From Candidatus Iainarchaeum sp. (GTDB lineage: Archaea; Iainarchaeota; Iainarchaeia; Iainarchaeales; Iainarchaeaceae): a stretch of DNA of 60,727 nt. The notes under the pieces are model-generated. The model saw only the letters and a list, made by a program, of their open reading frames with translations. It was not told where the DNA came from and did not search any database. The DNA lies in the NCBI GenBank assembly GCA_016202305.1, contig JACQPB010000025.1:1-60727 (forward strand), in the 5' to 3' direction. The position numbers and the translations under genes are program-made. Below are positions 7,976 through 17,138 of the stretch, in pieces; the first letter of the stretch is position 1; each line of letters starts with the position of its first letter.

Positions 7976-8824
7976 TCAAATTTCTTTTGACCCTGACTTT
8001 TCCCTTATCCTTTTTGCACCCTCGGCCTTTTCAAGGTAATTGCCGCCTGAAACAACGCTCTTTCCAAGCTTCTTTTCTATGTTCCTCCTTGCCTCCCCGG
8101 CAACGCTTCCGCCGTCATTCGCGTCTGTTTTGAGGCGATGGAATTCCCGCGAGTCCTTCTCCCTTGTTATCCTCGTGGTCGTGGCCTCACCAAGCATTGT
8201 CAGGATAAGCTCTAAGTCATCCATGTGGTCGCGCAGGTTCTGTGTTGAGAGGCCCTTGTGTTTTTTATATTCGCTTGGGGTCATGCCGAATGCGGCTTTG
8301 GATATTTCCGCGGTCAGGATTGAGTAGGCCGCATCCGTTTTCGCGCCCCTTCTCTTCCATTCGCCGGTAAGCTCGTCCCTTACGGCTATTCCGCGGACCC
8401 TTTTCTCAATCCACTCGTCCGAATAACCCTTTTCGTGGTAGAGCTCCTTCATGCGCTTCTGGGCGAGCTCCGGGTCATCTATTTCCTGCACCCGCTCATA
8501 ACCGACCTTTGCTAGCCATAGCTTGAACGGCTCGGCTTTCGGGGAGGGGATTGACTGTATTATCCTAAAAGTCCCTTCAGTGCTGGCACAGTTCATGTTT
8601 TGGCGCCCGCCTTGGGTGGTGACAGAAAGGGTATGTACAAATTGTACCCACCCTTTGGAAAGCTCTTCATCCCTTTGCCTCATCTTATTGATATACTGCT
8701 TCGGGTCTGTAGAATCAGTAAGGGCTGTCACTATATCCTCAATTGCAAACCACCACTCCTCATTGTGCCACGCCCTGCGGATTTTCCTTCCCTGAAAAAC
8801 AGCCAATGCATTTTCCGCAGTCAT
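7976..8824 (-). CDS. Bro-N / DinD-like (DNA-damage-inducible protein D family) protein
   Basis: 282 aa. N-terminus 'FQGRKIRRAWHNEEWWFAIEDIVTALTDS' resembles a Bro-N domain. The C-terminal 'RDHMDDLELI' region resembles DinD/RhuM-type proteins. Confidence 0.55.
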   Translation of the reverse strand: MTAENALAVFQGRKIRRAWHNEEWWFAIEDIVTALTDSTDPKQYINKMRQRDEELSKGWVQFVHTLSVTTQGGRQNMNCASTEGTFRIIQSIPSPKAEPFKLWLAKVGYERVQEIDDPELAQKRMKELYHEKGYSDEWIEKRVRGIAVRDELTGEWKRRGAKTDAAYSILTAEISKAAFGMTPSEYKKHKGLSTQNLRDHMDDLELILTMLGEATTTRITREKDSREFHRLKTDANDGGSVAGEARRNIEKKLGKSVVSGGNYLEKAEGAKRIREKSGSKEI

Positions 8825-9035
8825 GCCTATTCGTCACTTCCTATTGCAATGTAGAATCTTTTGGAACTTTTGTGAACTATCGGTCAGGGAAGCGCTATGG
8901 TTTCTTGCTTTATCAAACTGCCGTGTCCAGTAAGGTCAGCAGGCTTCCTGCCCACGAACTTTATTGCTCCACTGCTTTATATACCCAAGCAGACACCTCG
9001 TTGCCGGTGCGGCAAATCCGCCGGAAGCTTTGAAG

Positions 9036-9180
9036 CGGGCCCGGGGGGATTTGAACCCCCGACCCCCTGCTAGCCTCCCCTTTTATTCTTTTTCTTTTCC
9101 ATTAACGCTTTTCTTTTTCTTCCCAAGAAAAAGGAAAGGGTTAGAAGGCAGGTGCTCTATCCAAGCTGAGCTACGGGTCC
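9036..9180 (-). tRNA. tRNA-Arg(TCT) with ~70-nt intron in the anticodon loop (about 9071-9140)
   Basis: Minus-strand read: GGACCCG-TA-GCTCAGCTTGGATAGAGC-A-CCTGC-CTTCTAA-[intron]-GCAGG-GGGTC-GGGGG-TTCAAAT-CCCCC-CGGGCCC-G. One A3:C70 mismatch, no encoded CCA. Confidence 0.8.
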
Positions 9181-9272
9181 ATGCTTTTCAGCGGGAACAT
9201 GCTGTCGTGTTCCGGCAATAAATAGGGCTTCAATGCATTAAAAGGCTTTCTTGCCGGTTCCGCCTTTTCACG

Positions 9273-10427
9273 TCATTTTCCGGCCTTTTCCAGCACGCAT
9301 AGCATCTCCATGTGGCCGGTGTGGGGAAACTGGTCGAAGGCGCGCAGGTATGTAACCTCGAAGCCCTCTATCTGCTTGATGTTCTGCGCGAGCATTGCCG
9401 GGTTGCAGGAAACATATATTATCCTGTCCGGGCCGAGCCTCAGCATGCGCCTTATCGTCTTCGCGTTCAGGCCAGAGCGCGGCGGGTCCGCAATCACCGT
9501 GCCGAACTCATGCGGCAGGGTCTTCAGCACCTCATCCACGTTGCCTGCAATGAACTCCGCATTCCTTATGCCGTTCATGGCCGCATTCTCTTTTGCTCCC
9601 GCGACGCTTTCCCCGGATATTTCCACGCCGAGCACTTTGCCGCACTTTTCGGCCACAGCCATGCTTATGGTGCCCACCCCACAGTAGAGGTCGAGTACGC
9701 TTGCCCCGCTCGGCACGAATCCCCTCACGATTCCGAAAATCCTCTCCGCGCTTGCCGCATTGGTCTGGAAGAACGTGTTGGCCCTTATTGCGAATTCTTT
9801 CCCGAGAATCTCCTCGCGGATTGCCTCTTTCCCGAAAATATTCACGGTTTCGCCGTGCGCGTCGTCGCTCCATGTCCTGTTCAGCAGCAGGTTCACGCTC
9901 TGCACTCCGGAAGACAAAAGCTCCGCGCATATTCCGGCTGCGCTTTCGTCTATCTCTCCGAAGAAAGTGAAGTTGAGCATCTGCTCCCCCGCGCGGCTCT
10001 CCCTTATTGTCACGTACCCGAGGCCTTTCCTTCTCTTCATTACGTCGGCGCTCGCGATGCCTGCTTTTTGCAGCAGTCGCGCTGTCAGCCTTGCTGTGGC
10101 GTTCGCCTTTTCGCTGAGGAGCCAGCACTTTCCGAGCGCGAAGTTTTCCGAGTGGTCGTCCCTTCTCCTGTACCCTAAAGTGCCGTCCATGTATGAGAGG
10201 TCTGCCTTGTTCCTGTAGGCGAATTGCGCAGGCGCCGCCTCCATTTCCACCTCTTTCCCGAACAGTGCCCCGAGGTATTCCTTTTTTGCCGCGAGCTGGC
10301 CTTCGTATGAAAGCCCCATGAGCGGGCACCCGTTGCATTCCTGCTTCTGGTGCGCGCATTCCGGCTCGTGGCCGTGCAGTTGCGCCAATCCGGCGGCAAT
10401 GCGCTTCAGCTCGTCTTTCTGCTTCAT
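9273..10427 (-). CDS. RNA (uracil-5-)-methyltransferase, TrmA/RumA family
   Basis: 384 aa. N-terminal Cys cluster 'ECAHQKQECNGCPLM', SAM motif 'VLDLYCGVGT', and 'DPPRSG' plus 'YVSCNP' motifs. Confidence 0.8.
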   Translation of the reverse strand: MKQKDELKRIAAGLAQLHGHEPECAHQKQECNGCPLMGLSYEGQLAAKKEYLGALFGKEVEMEAAPAQFAYRNKADLSYMDGTLGYRRRDDHSENFALGKCWLLSEKANATARLTARLLQKAGIASADVMKRRKGLGYVTIRESRAGEQMLNFTFFGEIDESAAGICAELLSSGVQSVNLLLNRTWSDDAHGETVNIFGKEAIREEILGKEFAIRANTFFQTNAASAERIFGIVRGFVPSGASVLDLYCGVGTISMAVAEKCGKVLGVEISGESVAGAKENAAMNGIRNAEFIAGNVDEVLKTLPHEFGTVIADPPRSGLNAKTIRRMLRLGPDRIIYVSCNPAMLAQNIKQIEGFEVTYLRAFDQFPHTGHMEMLCVLEKAGK

Positions 10428-10507
10428 CGAAAATGATTTCCGGCGGGAAAGGTTGAAAAACAGGCCGTGGTCATGGCGGGTTATACCGCGTCTTTATGGC
10501 AGGGGTT

Positions 10508-11500
10508 TCACCCATACAGCATTCCATAATACATCTGCTCGAGCAGGGCCTTGTTCTTCTGCGGCTGCTCTTCCGAGACGAGGCTCTCTATGGGCACGGC
10601 GTAGTATGCCGCCCTTTCCCCCACCTGGCTCGCCACTATGAACGGCAGGTTCCTCCCGAAGTTGTATGTCTTCCCGCTCTCGAGCCATGGCTGGCCCGTG
10701 CTTTTCCCGAGGAAGTCAGTGCCGTAGTCGAGCGTCGCAATTAGCCTCACGTTGTCCGATTTCCTGAACTCCACCACTGCGAAATCGCCGGTGAACGGTA
10801 TGGCCGGGCTCAGGCCGTAAGTGAGCTTGTGGCTTGTGTTGGTTACCTCTATGGTGCCTGCAACCTGCCCCTGCGCGCATTTGCTGAATTCGCAGTAATT
10901 GCCCTTGTACTCGACTCCGAGGAGTTCGTCGAAGGAGAGCTGGCTCTTGCCGTCTTTCCTCGCCCATGGCCCTATCGGCGTTGATGTTCCCCCTTGGTTC
11001 CTTTCCTTGTCGAGGAGCAGGGTGTCGGATGCCGGGTAGCGTCCCGCGGCGTCGGCGGTGCAGAGGCCCGTGCCGGCGTCGCCTGTCCACACGAGCCTTC
11101 CGCCGGAGTTCACGAAGTACTGGAACACCTTCAGCTTGTCGGAGCATATCGTTTTCGCGTGCGTCACTATGATGAGGTCGTAGTCTCGCACGTTTCCGTA
11201 GCTGAGCCTGTCCACGTGCATTTCGCGGACCTGCGCCCTCAGGATGTCAGGGTTGCTGAATACCGTGCCGAGCTTTTGGTTGTCCCCGAGGCCCGAGTCG
11301 CCGTAAGCTATGAGGACCTGCGGCTGGCCCGCGCGTGCGCCGTCCTTGATTTTGTAGTAGATTTCGCATCCTCCCGGGACGACGTTGCAGCTCACTATGC
11401 CGGTGTATACGAGCACGCCGGCCAGGGCGAGCAGCAGCACGAACAGTATCACGAGGTGCACGACATTCTTCCTCATGTTTTCGTCCATGCTAACACTCAA
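10508..11500 (-). CDS. Membrane-anchored hypothetical protein
   Basis: 330 aa. One N-terminal TM ('VVHLVILFVLLLALAGVLVY'), then a soluble domain. No family recognised. Confidence 0.5.
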   Translation of the reverse strand: MSVSMDENMRKNVVHLVILFVLLLALAGVLVYTGIVSCNVVPGGCEIYYKIKDGARAGQPQVLIAYGDSGLGDNQKLGTVFSNPDILRAQVREMHVDRLSYGNVRDYDLIIVTHAKTICSDKLKVFQYFVNSGGRLVWTGDAGTGLCTADAAGRYPASDTLLLDKERNQGGTSTPIGPWARKDGKSQLSFDELLGVEYKGNYCEFSKCAQGQVAGTIEVTNTSHKLTYGLSPAIPFTGDFAVVEFRKSDNVRLIATLDYGTDFLGKSTGQPWLESGKTYNFGRNLPFIVASQVGERAAYYAVPIESLVSEEQPQKNKALLEQMYYGMLYG

Positions 11501-11599
11501 TGTTTTTGCATTATAAATTACTTTCTTTGCGCCCGCCGTGGCCTGCGCGGTATGTATTCGCTGCTGCCGTGCAATCTGTGCGGAACCTGAAAAGCCCTT

Positions 11600-12346
11600 T
11601 TACTTCCCTTTCATGGATAGCTCGCCTATGAGCATTGCGATGAAGATGTTGGACACTATGTGTATGAAAGAGAACGGCCAGACTATTATGAGCTGGTCCG
11701 GCAGGTTTACCGCGGCCTCGAATATCACTGTCCCTATCACACTGTAGTAAATCAGCGTTTCCCTGTTAGCTTTCCCGGCATAGCCCGCTATCCCTCCCGC
11801 GAGCCCTCCCCCTATTCCCTGCAGGACGCTGAACAGGCCGAATGCACCGCCTTCGAGGAAAATGTTGGAAAGCGGGTATGCGAGCAGGCCCACGAGGATT
11901 CCGGCGTCAGTGCCGTACGTGAGCGCGGCGAAAACCGCCAGCGGTATGATAGGCTCTATAGAAACGAGTGCCGGGAACTGCTTGATTATCACCCTGCCAA
12001 ACACAGCGAGGAGCAGAACGGTTATTATGTCGAGTTCGCCGATGAGCTTCTTCCTGGGTTTCGGAGGGGCAGCATGCTCGTCCTTGTGCTCCGCACGCGC
12101 GTTGTCATCATGGCCCTCCTTGTGGCCGCCGTGCCCATCCTTGCTGTCATGGTCATCGTGGTCGTCTTCATGCCCGCCATGCTCCTCGTGGCCTTCGTCG
12201 TGGTCATCATCCCCTCCCTCGTCCCCGTGGCCGTGCTCGCCTCCGTGCTCTTTCTTGTGCTCTCCGTGGCCTTTCTTTTTCTTGCCCTTGTCCCAGCCCA
12301 AAATTGCCGGGTCAACCCTCGGCCAGTTGGCCCTGTAAAACCCCAT
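11600..12346 (-). CDS. Polytopic membrane protein with His/Asp/Glu/Gly-rich N-terminal tail
   Basis: 248 aa. The first ~90 aa read 'HGEHKKEHGGEHGHGDEGGDDDHDEGHEEHGGHEDDHDDHD...', followed by 4-5 hydrophobic helices. Confidence 0.55.
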   Translation of the reverse strand: MGFYRANWPRVDPAILGWDKGKKKKGHGEHKKEHGGEHGHGDEGGDDDHDEGHEEHGGHEDDHDDHDSKDGHGGHKEGHDDNARAEHKDEHAAPPKPRKKLIGELDIITVLLLAVFGRVIIKQFPALVSIEPIIPLAVFAALTYGTDAGILVGLLAYPLSNIFLEGGAFGLFSVLQGIGGGLAGGIAGYAGKANRETLIYYSVIGTVIFEAAVNLPDQLIIVWPFSFIHIVSNIFIAMLIGELSMKGK

Positions 12347-12533
12347 ATATCAGCGCCCCGTGTTTGTTATAAGCATGACCAAATTGCACCCTAAATACGT
12401 TTAAAGTGTTTGTGGGTCTGAGCATCTAATCGAGTTTTGGGCAGGTGAAGAATTTGGCTTTTGCCCTTCAAGAACCACGCCCATGCAGAGGGAGCAAATC
12501 TTAAAAGGTGATTTGAATCCTCTTTCCCTATAT

Positions 12534-12617
12534 GCGGGGGTCCCATAGCGGTCGATTGGACAAGCTTGAGGGGCTTGCGCCTTAGTGGCTTCGCAAGTTC
12601 GAATCTTGCCCCCCGCA
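12534..12617 (+). tRNA. tRNA-Leu(GAG), class II (long variable arm)
   Basis: GCGGGGG-TC-CCATAGCGGTCGATTGG-A-CAAGC-TTGAGGG-GCTTG-CGCCTTAGTGGCTTC-GCAAG-TTCGAAT-CTTGC-CCCCCGC-A. Confidence 0.85.
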
Positions 12618-12653
12618 TTCATTTGCCAAAGAGGAATTGCAGATTGTGTCGTC

Positions 12654-12950
12654 ATGCTCAAGGATATACTCAAAAAACAGCTTGATGCCTACAGTGGCGG
12701 GCCATGGCTTGTTTATCTTCATGGCTTCGGTGCAGGCCTTTGCGCATTATTCGTCGGGATTATAAAAACGGATTTGCTGTTTTTGGCCACTGGCCTGTTC
12801 CTGATTATCCTCGGCCCGCTGTATTGCAGACTGAGAAAACTGCAAGTTGACTTTAACGACGAAAAATTCAGGATAGTCTTGCTGAACCAGATTATACTGG
12901 CAGTAATCTTCTATGTTGCTGTACTGCTTTTTGAATTGAGCAGGCTCTAA
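12654..12950 (+). CDS. Small membrane protein (hypothetical)
   Basis: Track ORF 12585-12950 overlaps the tRNA. The internal ATG at 12654 (MLKDILKK...) gives 98 aa with three hydrophobic helices. Confidence 0.4.
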   Translation: MLKDILKKQLDAYSGGPWLVYLHGFGAGLCALFVGIIKTDLLFLATGLFLIILGPLYCRLRKLQVDFNDEKFRIVLLNQIILAVIFYVAVLLFELSRL

Positions 12951-12961
12951 ACTTACAAGGC

Positions 12962-13387
12962 TCACAGGTGCCCTATTATCTGCTTTTCCCATTCCTTCAG
13001 TTCCTCTTCCTCGGCTTTCCTCGAACCCATAGCCATCTTGAGGCCGTCATCCTTGAAGCGCGGTATCACATGGAAGTGGAGGTGGTGTATCACCTGTCCC
13101 GCGGCCTCGCGGTTGTTCTGCACTACGTTGAAGCCGTCGGCTTTCGTGGCCTTCATCGCTGCCGCGCCGATGCGCTGCACGGCCCTTATGACTTCCTTGA
13201 GCTCCATTTCGGGTATGTCGAGGAGCGTTGCATAGTGGTTCTTCGGCATCACGAGGCTGTGTCCTTTCGCGGAGGGATAGATGTCGAGGAAGCTGAGGGT
13301 GTATTCGTCCTCGTGGAGTTTCCTCGCGGGTATTTTGCCGTCCGCGATTTTGCAGAAGAGGCAGTCGTCGTTGCGTGACGTGTGCAT
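12962..13387 (-). CDS. HIT (histidine triad) family nucleotide hydrolase
   Basis: 141 aa with the 'HHLHFHVIPR' histidine triad and 'CLFCKI' near the N-terminus. Confidence 0.85.
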   Translation of the reverse strand: MHTSRNDDCLFCKIADGKIPARKLHEDEYTLSFLDIYPSAKGHSLVMPKNHYATLLDIPEMELKEVIRAVQRIGAAAMKATKADGFNVVQNNREAAGQVIHHLHFHVIPRFKDDGLKMAMGSRKAEEEELKEWEKQIIGHL

Positions 13388-13450
13388 ATCGTATTGTCTG
13401 CCCGGAAGTGGTTTTAATGTTTTTGGATGCGGAAAATTTGCGGAGAAGCG

Positions 13451-14041
13451 TCATGCTTCCTTCTTTATGTCCACTATCTTTATCCAGAACTTGAGGGTTT
13501 TCCCGGCCAGCGGGTGCATCATGGAGATGGTGGCCATGCCGCCGTTTATTTCCGTGACCGTGCCGACTTTTGTTCCCTCGGAGTAGATGTCCGAGCCTAT
13601 TGAAATGTTGCCGTCTCCCTGTATCTGCTCCAGCGGGACCTGCGCTTTCCTCGCGGTGTCCGCTGTCCCGTACGCCTTTTCAGGCGGTATTGTCACTGTC
13701 TTTTCCTCGTTGAGCTTCATGCCTATCACTGCCTCGTCAAAGCCCTGTATCATCTGGCCTGCTCCGGCCACGAATTCGAGCGGGCCGCGGCCTTCGCTCT
13801 TGTCGAATACCGTGCCGTCCGTGTGGCTGCCGACGTACTCGGCCTTTACTGCGTCGCCTTTTTCAACTGCCAATCCATCCACTCCGCCAGGGGCCACGCC
13901 GCTCTGTGCACTGCCCTGCTGCGTGCCTCCCTGTGCCTGGCCCTGCGGCTGCCCGCATCCTGCCAGCAACAATGATATTGCGAGAAGCAGTACTACAGGG
14001 GTTGCTTTCATCATGACCGATTTATCTATTTTGCAAAACAA
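13451..14041 (-). CDS. FKBP-type peptidyl-prolyl isomerase (SlyD-like, with insert-in-flap), lipobox-type signal
   Basis: 196 aa. 'LLLAGCGQ' signal, then 'GTVFDKSEGRGPLEFVAGAGQMIQGFDEAVIGM' and 'HPLAGKTLKFWIKIVDI'. Confidence 0.8.
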   Translation of the reverse strand: MFCKIDKSVMMKATPVVLLLAISLLLAGCGQPQGQAQGGTQQGSAQSGVAPGGVDGLAVEKGDAVKAEYVGSHTDGTVFDKSEGRGPLEFVAGAGQMIQGFDEAVIGMKLNEEKTVTIPPEKAYGTADTARKAQVPLEQIQGDGNISIGSDIYSEGTKVGTVTEINGGMATISMMHPLAGKTLKFWIKIVDIKKEA

Positions 14042-14090
14042 TTATAAAGCTGGCCTTGAGGGCATTTCTCGTCACTAACTAACCGTTTTT

Positions 14091-14699
14091 TTAATCGAGT
14101 CCCAATGCGCCAAGCAGGGAATGGATTGCCGTTTCTCGTTCTTCAGTTGTCAGCCTTCCCAATCCACTTTTCTGGTTTTTTTTCTTCGTCTTCAACGCGA
14201 GCCTGAGTTCCCTTGCTTTATTCACTATGTGCCTTAGTTTTTTTATTTCCGCTTTTGGCAGTCCTGCAAAATATTGCCGGTATAACCCTCTATTTGAAAC
14301 CATCATTTCTCCAAGATTCTTCCCCAAATATCCATCCCACATCCTTCCATATTCTCTGGAATGATAGGCGCGCCAGTATCCACTGCCCGGCCCCCCCGGC
14401 AAGGCTCCTCGCTTGGCATTCTCTGCATCTAATTCATCTTCTTCCCGCCTGCCGCTTTCCTGTATGGCCGCAACGCGGGCCTTTTCTTCTTCTGCGGGGG
14501 TTTTCAGCCTTTCATTAATTTTCACTTCCGCCATTTCACGCCTGACATATTTTCGCTGCGAATGGGAAAGCTGGGGGCGGCCTATAATGCCAAGTGTTTT
14601 CACTAACTCAAGACGCCTATCCCGCCTTTGTGAAAAAGCCCTTTTTATTGAAAATGGCATATTAGAATGTGGGTATTCTGCTATATTAATTTTCACCAT
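14091..14699 (-). CDS. Hypothetical basic protein
   Basis: 202-aa ORF, Arg/Lys/Glu-rich, no recognised motif. Confidence 0.35.
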   Translation of the reverse strand: MVKINIAEYPHSNMPFSIKRAFSQRRDRRLELVKTLGIIGRPQLSHSQRKYVRREMAEVKINERLKTPAEEEKARVAAIQESGRREEDELDAENAKRGALPGGPGSGYWRAYHSREYGRMWDGYLGKNLGEMMVSNRGLYRQYFAGLPKAEIKKLRHIVNKARELRLALKTKKKNQKSGLGRLTTEERETAIHSLLGALGLD

Positions 14700-15035
14700 A
14701 TTTATGAAGCCAGATTGCCGGCGCCTTCTGGCCGTTTTGCCCTATGGCCATTTATGCGAATTCCTGCTCGCTCCCTTTTTATATTTATCTGCATTAAAAT
14801 GAATCGGGAAATCCTGTTTTTTCGACAGGAAATGAAGTTTTGGCGTGTTCAGGGGGGCCATGGCAATCAATTTTGAGTCGGGGCAGGCCTTCATTCCCGC
14901 TGAAAGTTTCTCCTGTTTTGGAGCGGCGGCTTGGAAAGGCCAATGGGGCTCGTGCAGTTCCGGCCTCTCTTTTGGGGCGAAATCAGGGGCGAAGCGGTTG
15001 TTTTTCGGCAGGAAATGGTGTTGCAGGTTTTTTTT

Positions 15036-17078
15036 ATGTTCGAAATAGCTTTTGTGCTGCTTTCAGGGCTTTTCTCGCTCGTCGTGGCAGGTTCGCTGGC
15101 TTATTCAGTGTGGAAGGGCGATGGCGGGAATGATAAGATAGCGGAGGTCGCCGGCTTCATCCGCGAGGGGGCGTATGGCTTCATGAGGCGCCAGTACTCG
15201 ACCATCCTCGGCATGGTGGCCGTCATGGCTGTCGCGCTTTTCGCGCTTTTCACGTTTCTCGGTTCGGGCAATGCGGCCGTCGCCTCGGTGTCCTTTGTCG
15301 TGGGCGCCATTTTTTCTGCGGCCGCGGGCATCATCAGCATGCTGATTGCAGTGCACTCTAACAGCCGGACCGCGGCGGCTGCGGAGCGCGGCCTCCCGCG
15401 TGCGCTCATCACTGCTTTCAGGGGCGGCTCATCCGCCGGCCTCATTCTCGTTTCGCTCGCCCTGCTCGGCGTCACTTTCATGTACCTTGTTTTCGGGCAG
15501 GACCCGAATAACACGCCATTCATAATAGTGGGTTACGCTTTCGGCGCCTCTTTCGTCGCGCTGTTCGCGCAGCTCGGCGGCGGCATGTACACCAAGGCCG
15601 CGGATGTCGGCGCGGATTTGGTCGGCAAGATAGAGGCCAACATCCCTGAGGACGACCCGCGCAACCCCGCGGTCGTTGCCGACCTCGTCGGGGACAATGT
15701 CGGCGATTGTGCGGGAAGGGGAGCTGACCTTTTCGAGAGCACCGCGGCCGAAAACATAGGGGCGATGATTCTCGGCGTCGCGCTTTTCCCTGTGTTCGGG
15801 GCGCAGGGCGTGCTTTTCCCGCTCGTCGCAGGCTCGCTCGGCCTCATCGCTTCCCTTGCAGGCATTTTCTCGGTGCGGGTTTCCGGCCCTGAAAACCCCA
15901 TGGAATCGCTGAACAGGGGCTTCTGGGTGGTGTCCGTACTCTCGGCAGTGTTCCTTTACTTCGCGACTTCGTGGCTGCTCGGCGGGAACGTGTGGCTGTT
16001 CGCCGCCGGCCTGGTGGGCATAGCGACTGCCATAGCTTTCGTGTATATCACGGAGCACTACACGGAGCACAGGTTCAGGCCCGTGCGCAGAATCGTCGAG
16101 GGCTCAAGGACCGGGGCTGCCACGAATTTCCTTTCCGGATTTGCGCTCGCCCTCGAATCGACAGGGCCGACTCTTCTGGTGATTTCGGTTTCATTGCTGG
16201 CGGCTTACCGTCTGGGCGTCATGTCCGGGGTGCCGAGCGGCGGCCTTTTCGGCACGGCGATGGCCACTATGGGCATGCTGATGTCCGCGGCTTACGTGCT
16301 CGCGATGGACATGTTCGGGCCGATAACTGACAACGCGGCCGGCATCGCGCAGTTCTCCGGCGCGAAGAAGTCCACGAGGGACGTGCTCGACAGGCTTGAC
16401 TCTGTCGGCAATACCACGAAAGCGCTCACGAAGGGCTATGCGATAGGCAGCGCCTCTCTCGCCGCGTTCCTGCTTTTCTCCGCCTACATGAGCGAGGTTT
16501 CGAGGCTCACGGGAAAGGCCTTCACCGTCGTCAACATCGCCGACATAGACGTTTTCGTCGGCGCGGCCCTCGGTGCGCTGCTGGTGATGCTGTTCACTTC
16601 ACGCGCCATACGCGGCGTGAGCAAGACCGCGGAATTCATCATTGCCGAGGTGCGGGACCAGTTCAGGGACAAGGGCATAATGTCCGGGAAAAAGAAGCCG
16701 GATTACGCGAAATGCGTCGACATCACCACCCAGGGCGCGCTGAGGAACATGGTGATTCCCGGCCTCCTTGTGCTCATATTCCCGATAATTGTCGGCGTGC
16801 TCCTGAAGGCGGAAGCCGTCGCCGCGATGCTCATGGTTGGCACCATCGTCGGCATACTGTTCGCCACTTTCCTCAACAATGCCGGCGGCGCGTGGGACAA
16901 CGCCAAGAAGTACATCGAGGAAGGCTACGAGGGCGGCAAGGGGAGCGAAACCCACAAGGCGGCAGTGATTGGCGACACAATCGGCGACCCTTTCAAGGAC
17001 ACGGCCGGGCCGAGCATCCACGTGCTGATAAAGCTGCTTGCGACAATCACGCTGGTGCTGGCGCCGCTGTTTTTGTGA
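15036..17078 (+). CDS. hppA: Membrane-bound H+/Na+-translocating pyrophosphatase
   Basis: Motifs 'GGGMYTKAADVGADLVGKIEANIPEDDPRNPAVVADLVGDNVGDCAGRGADLFES' and 'GGAWDNAKKYIE'. Start placed at ATG 15036 (MFEIAFVLL...); the track ORF begins upstream at 14931. Confidence 0.92.
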   Translation: MFEIAFVLLSGLFSLVVAGSLAYSVWKGDGGNDKIAEVAGFIREGAYGFMRRQYSTILGMVAVMAVALFALFTFLGSGNAAVASVSFVVGAIFSAAAGIISMLIAVHSNSRTAAAAERGLPRALITAFRGGSSAGLILVSLALLGVTFMYLVFGQDPNNTPFIIVGYAFGASFVALFAQLGGGMYTKAADVGADLVGKIEANIPEDDPRNPAVVADLVGDNVGDCAGRGADLFESTAAENIGAMILGVALFPVFGAQGVLFPLVAGSLGLIASLAGIFSVRVSGPENPMESLNRGFWVVSVLSAVFLYFATSWLLGGNVWLFAAGLVGIATAIAFVYITEHYTEHRFRPVRRIVEGSRTGAATNFLSGFALALESTGPTLLVISVSLLAAYRLGVMSGVPSGGLFGTAMATMGMLMSAAYVLAMDMFGPITDNAAGIAQFSGAKKSTRDVLDRLDSVGNTTKALTKGYAIGSASLAAFLLFSAYMSEVSRLTGKAFTVVNIADIDVFVGAALGALLVMLFTSRAIRGVSKTAEFIIAEVRDQFRDKGIMSGKKKPDYAKCVDITTQGALRNMVIPGLLVLIFPIIVGVLLKAEAVAAMLMVGTIVGILFATFLNNAGGAWDNAKKYIEEGYEGGKGSETHKAAVIGDTIGDPFKDTAGPSIHVLIKLLATITLVLAPLFL

Positions 17079-17138
17079 ATTCTCCAAACATCATTTTCGG
17101 AGTTAAAGCATGAAAATTTAACAGGTTCGCTGAGGGCA

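Noticed and set aside
7891-8133. Two small plus-strand ORFs with similar N-termini (MGIGSLPTN... here, and MGAGSLPTN... at 39694-39900) that might suggest a repeated peptide gene
   Set aside because: They lie inside repeat family A. The reading frames diverge after ~10 residues because of a 1-nt indel between the copies, so the conservation is at the DNA level.
8964-9221. 85-aa ORF across the tRNA-Arg gene, and the analogous 108-aa ORF 34756-35082 across tRNA-Ser(GGA)
   Set aside because: They translate tRNA exons and polypurine/polypyrimidine intron hairpins ('FFFFPRKRK', 'LRKKKKKV'), so they are not coding.
9312-10359. Long ORFs overlapping the m5U methyltransferase gene (288 aa on plus, 275 aa on minus in another frame)
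   Set aside because: Their Arg/Pro/Gly-rich translations are typical of off-frame reading of GC-rich DNA. The 384-aa frame has genuine methyltransferase motifs.
12585-12653. N-terminal extension of ORF 12585-12950
   Set aside because: It overlaps the 3' half of tRNA-Leu(GAG). The internal ATG at 12654 gives a plausible membrane protein.
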